From: Octopus vulgaris
Taxonomy: Eukaryota
NCBI GenBank assembly: GCA_951406725.2
Contig: OX597816.1
Location: 31,186,001 to 31,250,000 of the forward strand
Length of the DNA stretch: 64,000 nt
Direction: 5' to 3'
This document shows positions 52,554 through 64,000 of this stretch, one piece after another. Made by a program: the position numbers and the translations under genes. Numbering within the stretch: the stretch's first letter is position 1; every line of letters starts with the position of its first letter. The notes under the pieces were generated by a model. It had not been told where the DNA came from. It saw only the letters and a list, made by a program, of their open reading frames with translations, and made no database searches.

Positions 52554-55492
52554 TAACAGCAAATATCCAGGGTCTTTATCCGAAAACAAAACAGTGTAAA
52601 GTCCCTTTCTTGGAAGAATTAGCAACAGAAAACAACTCCAAAATAATTGGAATTACTGAAAGTCATCTCAACGAAAACATCCGCAACAGCGAAATCACAA
52701 TCAATAGATTCAACATCTTCAGATGTGATAGACAAGGCAGATCCCATGGGGGCGTTATCATGTATATCCATGATACCTATGCATGCATAGAACTTGTCAA
52801 TGAATCAAATGCCTACTGCAACCTGCTGTGCATAAAAATCATCCAACTTAATACAGTTGTAACAATAATGTACAGACTGCCAAACAGCCCAACATTATCC
52901 TTCACTGAGCCACTGACGAAGCTCCAACAAATTCTGGGAAACATGGCAAGTCCAATGCCAGACATTATCCTCCTTGGTGACTTCAACTTCCCTAACATCA
53001 TCTGGCCACATGGAAACATACTAAAACTGGGGACAAAAGCTGAACAAATACAGGCAGCCAAACTGTTGGAAGTCACAGAGAAATTATACCTCAAACAAAT
53101 GATGACAGAAGCAACAAGAAATAATAATACGATCGACTTGGTTTTCACCAACAACGAGGACACGCTATTTGACCTTCACTCAACCCCAACAATCCTTTCA
53201 GACCACAATATTATTGAAATGCATTTACACATTGGTAATGAGCCCAATGCCACAACTCTTAAACAAAAGGACATGCCAAAGCTATGCAGGTATGATTATC
53301 ACCAGGCAAATTGGGAAACTATTAACAACCAGTTACAAATCATTGACTGGGATCTCTACCTTACTGGGCCAGATAAACACAAGAAATTCTTAAACAAGAT
53401 CGAAGAAATATGTGAAAAAAATGTTCCTCTAAAGAAAACCAAGTCCACAAAAAAACCTGTACCACGGGAGCGAAAGATCCTGACGCGCAAAAGGTCAAGA
53501 CTAAGAAACAAAACATCTAAGCTGACATCAAAACATGAATTACAGAAAGTCCTTGACCAAATATACAGATTAGAAGACAATATAAAACAGCACTATGATG
53601 AAGAACGTAACAATGCAGAAAAGAGAGCCATAGAAAACATCAAGAAAAATCAAAAATGTTTCTACAGTTTTGCAAAGAAATACTCGAACACCAAGTCAAC
53701 AATAGGACCTCTCCAGAGACAAAATGGGGATGTAGTGAATAACCCTATTGAAATGGCAGAAATGTTGGGTCAACAGTATGAAAGTGTCTTCAAGGATATC
53801 GACCATACTAAACCTACCCTATCCGACATTGATTTCAACCCAGAAGACATAGCAAGAGCCATAGACAAGCTCTCCATGCACTCGGCTGCGGGGCCTGACG
53901 GTTTCAATGCCATGATACTTAAAAACTGCAAGGCACAATTGTCGAAACCCCTTTACATGATATGGAGGGAATCTATGGAGAATGGCAAAATACCAAATAC
54001 ATATAAAGAAGCACACATAACTCCAATACATAAAGGGGATAGCAAATCAAAACCAAAGAACTACCGACCAATCTCACTGACATCACACATTATCAAGGTC
54101 TTCGAAAGAATAGTTCGTGGAAAACTGGTTGAGTTCCTGGAATCCAACAATCTGATGAATTGCAACCAGCATGGATTCAGGTTAGGTAGATCATGCCTTT
54201 CCCAACTACTGGCACACCATGACCAAATCCTAGAAAATCTAGAGAATGGATACAACACAGATGTTATCTACCTCGACTTTGCCAAGGCATTTGACAAGGT
54301 AGATCATGGCATCCTGGGTCACAAACTTCGAAAGCTAGGAGTAGGAGGAAAAGTTGGTACATGGATACACGAGTTCCTTACAAATAGAACTCAAACAGTC
54401 ACTGTGAATGGAACCCATTCAACACCATCACCTGTGACCAGCAGTGTTCCTCAGGGTACAGTACTCGGCCCAATCCTGTTTCTCATCCTCATCTCTGACA
54501 TAGATGAAGATACAACCAGCAACGTCTCATCCTTTGCTGATGACACCAGGGTCATGAGACAAATCAAAGACGAGGTGGATACAGAGGCCTTACAAAAGGA
54601 CCTGACCACCATATATAAATGGCAGGAAACAAACAACATGTTGTTCAATGATAAGAAGTTTGAACTAATTCGCTACGGAACAGATCAAGATCTGAAAAAT
54701 ACAACAAACTACAGAAACCCATCAGGACAACAAATAATGGAAAAACAGTATGTGAAAGATTTAGGCATCCACATGGGAACCAACCTAAAATTCAGAGAAC
54801 ACCTTGACTCAGTCTGTCTTACTGCAAGAAAGTACAGCGGGTGGATCTTGCGCACCTTCAAATCAAGAGATACCTCAACAATGAAAACCCTCTGGAACAG
54901 TATGATACTTCCGAGGATTGACTACTGTTCTTAGTTGTGGTCACCAACAACAAAGGGCCAACTATCTAAGATAGAATCGCTCCAAAGAAATTCTACCTCA
55001 TACTTCTCAGAAACGAGGGACCTGGACTATTGGCAAAGACTCAAAACCTTGAGGATGTACTCAATGGAAAGAAGATTTGAGCGATACCGAATTATATACA
55101 TTTGGAAAATGATAGAGCAGAAGGTGCCAAACTTTGGTATCAAAACCCACCACTCACTGCGCCACGGAAGACGTTGCCAGCTGCCACCAATCAACAAAAA
55201 GGCTGGCCAGGAAGCAAAAACCCTGCGAGAATCAAGTCTGTTGGTTCGAGGAGCACAACTGTTCAACTCCATTCCGGTACATGTCAGAAATCTATCAGGA
55301 TGCAGTGTGGAATCATTCAAATTGCAACTGGATAGATACTTAAGCACCATTAGAGATGAACCCCATCTCCCAGGATATACACAACGAGCACAAACTGACT
55401 CAAACTCGCTCCTACACATGTCAAATTTAAGCAGAGAATACAACCTGGCAACCACACCAGACTCTGAGGGTGGAGTCTTCGACTTGGCCTGA
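52328..55492 (+). pseudogene. LINE-B ORF2 (APE + RT) with a single in-frame TAG at 54932-54934
   Basis: Frame open from 52328; ITANIQGL at ~52553-52576, ITESHL, GDFN, SDH, YRPISL, DFAKAFD, SVPQG, FADD; YCS*LWSP continues to 55492. Confidence 0.92.
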
Positions 55493-55525
55493 GCATGGAC
55501 TCAAACCCAAATGAAATGAAATGAA

Positions 55526-55781
55526 AATGTAACGGCATACGAAATACCTATTTCTTTACTACCCACAAGGAGCTAGACACAGAGAGGACAGACAAGGACA
55601 GACAAACGGAGTAAGTCGATTATATCGACCCCAGTGCGTAGCTGGTACTTATTTAATCGACCCCGAAAGGATGTACGGCAACGTCGACCTCGGCAGACTT
55701 TGGACTCAGAACGTAGCGGCAGACGAAATACCGCTAAGCATTTCGCCTGGAGTGCTAACGTTTTTAGCAGCTCACCGCATT
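55526..55781 (-). mobile_element. SINE type B, right part of the split array
   Basis: GTAACGGCATACGAAATACCTATTTC... matches the uninterrupted junction at 60901-60940. Confidence 0.88.
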
Positions 55782-56390
55782 TTAATGGATTCAGATATTA
55801 GCACAGAGTCATCAGTTTTGGGATGATACCAGTAGCTGGTGTTTGAGAAGGTATAAGGTGTTATCATTCAGTCGTTTGGAGTTGTGGGAATTCTGTTACT
55901 TTTCGATTGACATCTTGTCTCTGGTAATTTTTGTGAATAAATTGTGTTTTCTCTTTCTGCTGCTTTATTATCGGATATTTCAGTCTTTCACAACAGTTTC
56001 AAGGCACAAAATATTTTGTGACATCTGTTCTTCCTTGGCACATATACAGCTAAGAAACGGCCATGTTCAATCTGTAATGCAAAATAGAAAGTTGAAGGGA
56101 TCAAGGTTAAACCTCGGTTGTGTAACTACAAGAGTACCGCATTTTACCACGTGAGCACTGAACGTGATGCAGCCAAAGTAAAACATTTTTTGGTGAAATG
56201 CAAATAATTCTTGACTTCCCCTTATATATTACTCCTACATTAATTTGTATTCATTCTGCGTATTTGGAAATTACGTATTTTCATTGTACAGAATCAGTTT
56301 TGAGCGTAACTATGAGTTGTATGTTCAAATATGTTCCAGTTTCATATAACACCTTTATTTATAAATATACATGAGTCAATATTACCATGT

Positions 56391-56688
56391 GTGGAGGCGC
56401 AATGACCCAGTGGTCGGAGGATCGCGGTTTCGATTCCCAGACCGGCGTTGTTTGTATTTATTGAGCGAAAACACCTAAAGCACCACGAGGCTCCGGCAGT
56501 GGGGGCGACCCCTGTTGTCCTCTTTCGCCCCAACTTTCTCTCACTCTCTCTTCCTGTTTCTTGAGTAACGCTATGATGGACTGGCGTCCCGTCCAGCTTG
56601 TGGAGGGGGGAACGCATACGCCACAGAAACTGGAAAACCGGGCCCATGAGCCTGGCTAGGCCTGAAAAGGGCACATAAATAAATAAAA
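56391..56688 (+). mobile_element. tRNA-derived SINE with type C head and a different tail
   Basis: Head GGAGGCGCAATGACCCAGTGGT..GGTTTCGATTCCCAGACC shared with 25456-25837; tail GATGGACTGGCGTCCCGTCCAG...(TAAA)n; TSD AATATTACYATGT. Confidence 0.85.
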
Positions 56689-59283
56689 AAATATTACTAT
56701 GTAACTTTTGATTTTATTTAAGATGAGTGAATTTGGTTCAGGAAATATTTGATAGCCATACACAGTAGACATTATTTCTCCTTTCGACTGCCAAATTGTG
56801 TTTGTTGCACATGATATTTATCGTGAAACTAATTTATCCCAGCATAACTTTGACACGAATCCAATTTACTGAAGAATCAATGTTGTAAAATATTTATGTA
56901 TAGAACAATTATAAGTAACATTCAACGGATCCTTTTAATCTCCCTAAATGGCTTAATGATATCTGTAATAAGAAGAAAAATATGGTTTTACACTCGGGAA
57001 GATTTGTAGTATGTGGCAAATTTTCCCGCCAGCCATCATTTGTTACAACCTGTAAGATTTGCAACTATCTGACTGATATAAATCAATTGACGAAGGATTT
57101 TATTCCATGATACTATCAGTAACTAACATCGGGGAATGTTCTTTTATCTCTACATTTTCTAAGAAGCAGATTTTTGATAACGAAATAAAACAATTTCAAT
57201 GCGGCTTCATGTCTATACAAATGCATTTGAAAAGCCTCCTAGTAACATTTAAGCTTTGAGAAAATGCCACTTTTTTAATAGTATCTGCAGTTAAACTTTT
57301 ATTTTAGTTTTCTTCAGTCAAATGTAAAAATTCCTTAATCTTTTTAAAACTTAATGTGCTGCATTTTTCTGATAGCTATTACTTTACGTTACTTGTAAAG
57401 AACAACTAATACTTATTTGCTACCCTTAAAAAAGAAAAAAAAAACTGTTTTATGTATATTTTCAATTCCCTCTGGTTGAGTATACGGCTGTAAACCGTTT
57501 TTTACTCACTATGAGGAAACTGAAAACCTACTTTGTATACATTTATCTACTTCTCAAGAGATTCGAATTTCAAATATTTTAAAAATTAATTAATTAATTT
57601 TCTGAGAACCTGAATTGAAACAGCTGTAAGTGATATTTGTTAATTTTCTAATTAATAATAATAATTTATTAAAAACATCTCCTTTCTCTCATCCTATTAT
57701 TGTAATATATTTAATCTACGGTCTATATAGTTACTTTGCAGTTGAGTATTAAATATATTCAATACCCTTTCTATAGGTAATTAACCAGGATTTTCATAGG
57801 AATTTTGCTATCCCTGAATGGCGTTTATAAACTTTAGTTGTGTGGATGTATATATATATATACATAAATGTACACATGTGTATACATATACACACAGACA
57901 TAGACAAAGACACACACAAACAGAGACACACACACACACACACACGCACACACAGATATATGGTGCATACACTCATGGATGAAATCTTGAGGTTTTTGTG
58001 ATTTTCTGTAGGTTTAACTAAATACACTTTTACTCCTAAGCGTAAAACTTATCTCTATCCATGTTAACCACGTAACCACATATTATTTATTCAACACACG
58101 TTTGTTATTACCTGTCACGATTATACACTTAATTGATGTTACTTTATTCTTTGACCGATTAAATACTTATGATTTGTATTAGAACATAATTGCAAGGATG
58201 TCGGTTATAATATCATAAAATAGGGACTAATTTTATTTTTAAAAACGTGTGCACAGTGATGAGCCCAGTTTCTTCTGAGAGCGGTATCAGTGTCTTGTTT
58301 TATCATTGTGTTAAATATAAGATTTTTGATGGGAAAAATGACTTGTATTTTAAATATTCTGAATATGTGCAACTGATAACCTTATATACGCAAAAATAAA
58401 AATATTGAACTGTTACGCTTACTCGATGGCAAATAATACCGAATAAATAAGTGAAAATAACACTATAATCATCTAAGTAAACTTGCTAATATAGTTAATG
58501 AAAACAAAATTGGTTGTACCTAATTATTTGGTCTTTTAATATCCTATTATTTCCTATAGAAATCTGTTGAATTAAATCTACATAGAAAATAATATATCCC
58601 AAATTGTCCTTGGAATTTTCCCTGAGGTATATACCTGATATTTAAACGACTGAATATTCCTTTACAGAGAATTATTTCTAGATTTAAGCAGCAGAGACAG
58701 GATCGCATATATTCATGGCCCACAGCAAACGTTTATAAATGATATCGGGTTGAGTAGCTCAAAACTGTCAATAATATATGTAAGTTGTTATAAAATTGCA
58801 TCTAGGAAGCCAAGTATGGGACTGTTGTCAGCAATTGCCAAACTTTATAGGCGTACTGGAAGGCACACTATCGTGCATGGGTAGTACAAAACGTGTGGGA
58901 CATAACATTTATACCTATAGTACTGCAGGCGTCATAGATGTCAGGAAAATATTATAGGTAATTAAACCAAAAGTGAGTGATATTCCAGGAAGAAATTGCC
59001 AAACTGATTGACTGCTTTGAGTCCGTGACATGTTTATCTAAATCGTAAAAATCCACTTTTGGATATGATATATTTTTTTCTTCTGAGGAATTATATTGAA
59101 ACGTTATGAAATGCGTAAAATTTAGAAAGTAATTATTTTAGTTTAACATCTTGCATATAGATGTATGTTTTACGGTCACTTTAAGGTGAAAACAACATAT
59201 AATAATGTTTACTATGACATGAATATTGGCTTCCAAATTCCTTGTGGCACATGACTTCATCTGCATTTTAATATTACATGTAA

Positions 59284-59500
59284 AAGGGGGAGAACTGACA
59301 GAATAGTTCACGCGCGGGAAAATTCGTAGCGGCATTTCGTCCAACTTTACGTCCTGCGACCAAATTTCTCAGCGTTCGATTTTGTCTTTCATTATTCCGT
59401 GGAGTAGATCAAATTAAACTTTTGAATATTGGGGTCGATGTAATCAACGCAACCCCTTCCAACAAAATTAATGATATTGTGCCAAAATTTGAGACCAGTA
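59284..59500 (+). mobile_element. degenerate SINE type B
   Basis: GGGGGAGAACTGACAGAATAGTT..CGGCATTTCGTC..GGGGTCGATGTAATC. Confidence 0.6.
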
Positions 59501-60556
59501 TTTCAAGTATAAGTGTATCTACCGTGTAGATTTTTAAAGAGAGATAATGAACATTTAAAAGTGTGTAATTTAAGTAATGTTTCGGTGTGTTTACAAGCCA
59601 CCGACATTAAGGATTTAATTTGATCCACCGGAATACTATTTATTAATGAGAGAAGAAGCAGACACTATTTTTCAGTTTTACCTGTGTTTTTAATGTGAGA
59701 TTACGGTTAGTAAATTTATGGTAGAATGAGTTTCAAGAAAGATTTATGTCAGAACAGTTCTCACAGGAGTGAGGCGTACATAGGAACTAAAAGCTAATTC
59801 GAAGTATATTGACGATTCCATGCGAATATATAAATATTTCTCAATGCTGAATTATGCATAAATCCCTAACGATTTGTTATTTCAGAGGCAGTATTATATA
59901 AATCAGTTCCCGGTTTTCGAAAAATTTCACCTGCTGATAAATGCAGTTCTATGTACAAGCATTCTCACTCTTTCGTTTCCTTTCAGAATATATTCGTTTA
60001 AGTAGCACCAGATTTGGTACAGAGAATAACATTGAGTACATGCTATTACTAAGATTATTTTAATTGATATTTTAAACTTTCTCATCACTTGTTACTTGGT
60101 CTTGTAATTCAGATGTACACGGATTAATGTGGAGTGTACGTATTTCGTCACCTCACCGCTGTTATATTGATCTAACCTAAGCCTAGCACTGAAGGATTTG
60201 AAGTACTGTGAAATGTGAATCTAGCTCTTTCCGAGATTATTATAACTTTTCAAATATAATTCATCTCAAAAGATTCTAATATGGCCTTCATAACTTTGGG
60301 TAGATGTAGATTGTAATTTAAACAACATATCAGTTAAACAAATGTACCCTGCAAAGTGTCCTAATTCCTTTGCCGATGTTGTGATTTAAAATGAAAAACA
60401 ATTACTAAACAATCAGAACAATTTTATTTACGTTAGAAGTTGTTGATTTCCACTAACAATTCTATCAATATTATTGTTGGTATATGGTGAAAAAGATTAG
60501 GTTCATCATAATTGCTCTTCCAAACGTATTGTTAACCCGCTATTGGAAGGAATTTC

Positions 60557-60604
60557 AATCATGAACAAAACTTTAAATCCCTATTTAAAGTTTTGTTCAT
60601 GATT
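60557..60604. repeat. perfect 22-bp inverted repeat with 4-nt loop
   Basis: AATCATGAACAAAACTTTAAAT-CCCT-ATTTAAAGTTTTGTTCATGATT. Confidence 0.95.
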
Positions 60605-60769
60605 AAAGTTTAAATATATTAAAGAATATCGTGTTTTCGTGTGCATACTGCATCAATATGTTTAAATTCAGTGGAGAGCTATTTCGTAGCTGAAAACTTA
60701 GGCACCCTTACATTGCTCACTGTTGTATACAAATGCAAATATTACTACTTCATTTAGTGAATGGCATAT

Positions 60770-61166
60770 CCTTTTCTACTCTAGTGACGAGACCCAAAGT
60801 TTTGGGGTAGGGGACAGTCGATAAGATCGACCCGAGTACGAAACTGGTATTTGATTTATCGATCCCGAAATGATGAAAGGCAAACTCGACCTCAGAAGAA
60901 TTTGAACTCAGAACGTAGCGGCAGACGAAATACCTATTTCTTTACTACCCACAAGGGGCTAAACACGGAGGGGACAAATAAGGACAGACAAACGGATTAA
61001 GTCGATTACATCACCCCCAGTTCGTAACTGGTACTTAATTTATCGCCCCCGAAAGGATGAAAGGCAAATTCGACCTAAGCGGAATTTAAACTCAGAACGC
61101 AGCGGCGGACGAAATATCACAAAGCATTTCGCCCGGCGTGCTACCGTTTCTGCCAGCTCGCCGCTT
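60770..61166 (-). mobile_element. nested SINE type B pair; further decayed copies at ~61345-61553 and ~62435-62633
   Basis: Nin-like domain twice; head ends TGCCAGCTCGCCGC. Confidence 0.85.
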
Positions 61167-63164
61167 TTTTCCGAACGGCATGTTGCAAAAGAGTACGTAG
61201 AACGGAAAAATGTCGATTTGAATTTGTAAGGCTCTAACAGACAACTGTAAATTAGAGACTGCTGAAATCTGAGAAGCGCATAATATAATTGCCTTGACAA
61301 AAGTAGGTATATATATATATATTCATGTATCACTAATATTAGTTTCAAATTTTGTCAGAAGGCCAGTACTTTCGGGAAAGAGTATAACTTGATTACATCG
61401 GCGACAATGCTCTCTAAGTACTTAATTATTCGACACCAAATTAATGAAAAGCAAATCGACGTCGTTGGGACTTGAACTCACATCATAAAGACAAAGAAAA
61501 TTCCGCAAATATTTTTGCCCGGCGTTTTAACGATTCTGTCAAATCGCCGCCTTCATTTATCTCTAATATTACAATATGAAAATAAAGAAGACAAGACTTG
61601 GCAATTTAGATGAGTTTAAAAGTTTAATTAACGATGTAACTTATTGCCAGAAGAAATTTTTGTAAGACAAAATTTTAGATTGAATTATTCATTCCAAAAG
61701 AATAAAAAGGGAATCAACCTATCAGGAAACATAAGTATTTGTGACATAATTGTTATGATATAAATAATTATATAAATACATAATAATGGACGGATAAGTA
61801 TACTAAAAATGCTAAATATATTTTAAAGTGTTATGTAGTTACAAAGAAATATATTAGCAAGTAAGTGTATTGAGAAAAATAAAATATTCATAAATTAATA
61901 TGTAACAGGCTATTATTTACGACTTTAAAGACTTGATACAGACAATCTATAGACAATTAAAGGAAATATCTATAATAGTAACAGGATATCAAAGTATGAA
62001 TGATGAATGACAAGAATAAATTTTAACGTTTTACACACAAACACAGACACATAAGTATAAGAGTATACACACACATGCACGCACACAAGCACATAAACAG
62101 ACAGGCACACACACACACACGTATACATTATGTGCAAAATAATATATTTTGGAGAGATAAGAAGAGCTAAAAATTAAAATATTCAATCGTTGAAATTTAA
62201 GAATCAGGCATAAAAATCTAAAGATGCAGTTTTTAGTAACTTAATTGAATTCGATATCAGAAAATTTTACTGTAAGACGTTAAGCCAAGAAAGCAAATCT
62301 AATATCCAGTCTAATATTTGGGCCGGTAGACGTAATATAAATAGTAAGACAGAAAGTGAAATAAATATTCGTGGAAGCTGAGTATTTAATCTGGTATTTT
62401 AGGTACGTAATGTTGCAAAATAATGGTTTATAATTTAGGCACAACGCCTGCAATTTAAGGGGAGCAATTTAGTAAATTATATCGACCGCAAAACTAAATT
62501 AGTACTGTATTTATAAATGAGTTGCGGAGTTGTTCTCGGCGGTATCTAAATGAAAACATCTGGAAGAATGTAAACAATCACAAGAATTAACCCATATAAT
62601 TTTTCCGATGCTGTAACGATTCTATCAGCTTCCACAAATTTGCTCTACCGAAATAATACAACGAGTTGTGTCATAAGGAGTAATGTATATAAACCATACT
62701 CATACTGAAAAAAAAACCCCAGATGAATTGTCCTCTATACAGAAGCCTTCAAATTAATCGATGTGTTCTTTGAAATTCATAGTTTTCCAGATATATTTCT
62801 TACGAAAACAAAACTACCTACATTCTGTTAAGTTATATGCAGTAATATCTATCATAAGTTCAGTTTAAAGTGAACATTTTATTCACGAATGTGACTCCAT
62901 GCTACAGGGTAACGGGGAGAGGAATGTCTTCATAGATAGTGGAGAATGGTTTTAGTCTCTGATAACTTTACGAAACACCAAAGCAAGGATATTTTGTAGG
63001 AAAGCATTAATACGTAAAATATAAAAGTGTTTACTGAACCTGTGTATGTCCCGGTATAGCAGAATCGTTAACACGCCGGACAAAATTTCGTCTGCCTTTA
63101 CCTTCGGATTTACCTATGTCACTCAAAGTCCGAATATTACACATACATATGGATACACAGATCA

Positions 63165-63452
63165 CTCTCTCTCTCTCTCTCACTCTCTTTATATATATAT
63201 GTATATATATATATATACATACATACAAACATGCATACATACATACATACATACATACATACATACATACATACGTACGTACGTACGTACATACATACAT
63301 ACATACATACATACATACATACATACATACATAAATACATACATACATACATACATACATACATACATACATACATACATACATAGAGACATATAAGAGT
63401 TGTATGTGTAAATATTGAGATATATATAAATATATGTATAAATATATATATA
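63165..63452. repeat. (CT)n/(TA)n/(ATAC)n microsatellites
   Basis: Directly visible; (GTAT)n/(CTAT)n also at ~40740-40862. Confidence 0.95.
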
Positions 63453-64000
63453 CACGTCTGAAAAATACATGTGTATATATCTTCACATATATGTTTTCCT
63501 TATATTACTAAGCACTGAACTGCTAAACCATATAAATTCTTTAATTCTTCATACTACTAACCCCCTCTCGCTGCCCCTACACTTAGACTCTACCACTACA
63601 CATTTGTCACTCCTTTACCTTTTACCATCCTCATACTTTCTATCTTTTTACACTATAATACCTTTCTCTCTCTTTTACCCTCCGTCTCCCCACTCCTACT
63701 TTTAAATCATTTCCACTGACCACTAACTTATCTACATCTTCATTTTCTTTTTCCTTCTTTCTTTTTCCCTTTATTTCTCTATTCAGGGTTTTTATTCTTT
63801 ATAATTTTAATTTTTTATTACTCTATTACTTTTCTTCTTACATTCTTCTTCTTCTTTTCTCTCTTTCCTCTTCTCTTTTTTTTCTTTCTTTATTCCTCTC
63901 TTCCTGTTTTCGGTTTGACCCTACTTATACACTCCCTATTTTTAGGTCACTTTGAAGCTACAACACTGTGTATAAATTCTGTACTTGGAATGACCGTGTT

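Larger units (their letters stand above)
49887..55525 (+). mobile_element. near-intact full-length CR1/L2-group LINE (LINE-B)
   Basis: ~1.27-kb 5'UTR with internal repeats, ORF1, ORF2 and (AATGA)n tail; the SINE sequence resumes after the tail; candidate TSD AAYGTAAC (49870-49877 / 55526-55533). Confidence 0.92.

Overview
AT-rich, microsatellite-saturated eukaryotic intergenic or intronic DNA. The SINE and repeat landscape resembles a coleoid cephalopod such as Octopus; this is inferred from recalled repeat families and not verified. No confident host gene is visible, and nearly all short ORFs in the track are microsatellite artefacts. The main content is two near-full-length, mutually divergent CR1/L2-group LINEs: LINE-A (5101-9724, minus, 11-bp TSD) and LINE-B (~49887-55525, plus). 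There are also CR1 3' fragments, mariner, Tigger and Gypsy remnants, a Penelope GIY-YIG remnant, three tRNA-SINE types, two large foldback palindromes and a 1.8-kb tandem duplication. Highlights: (1) In both LINEs a U_UUU_UUA slippery heptamer sits in the ORF1 frame just after the point where the -1 (ORF2) frame opens. LINE-B ORF2 has no AUG before its endonuclease motif. Together this suggests retrovirus-like -1 programmed frameshifting in a LINE lineage. (2) Both ORF1s share a CCCH zinc-finger array but carry different N-termini (Myb/SANT-like trihelix vs PHD). (3) A covarying two-hairpin + AAAC 3'-end structure is shared by both LINEs and the most common SINE. (4) About nine minimal type I hammerhead-ribozyme-like motifs of Penelope type are present, four of them paired in the arms of the two palindromes.
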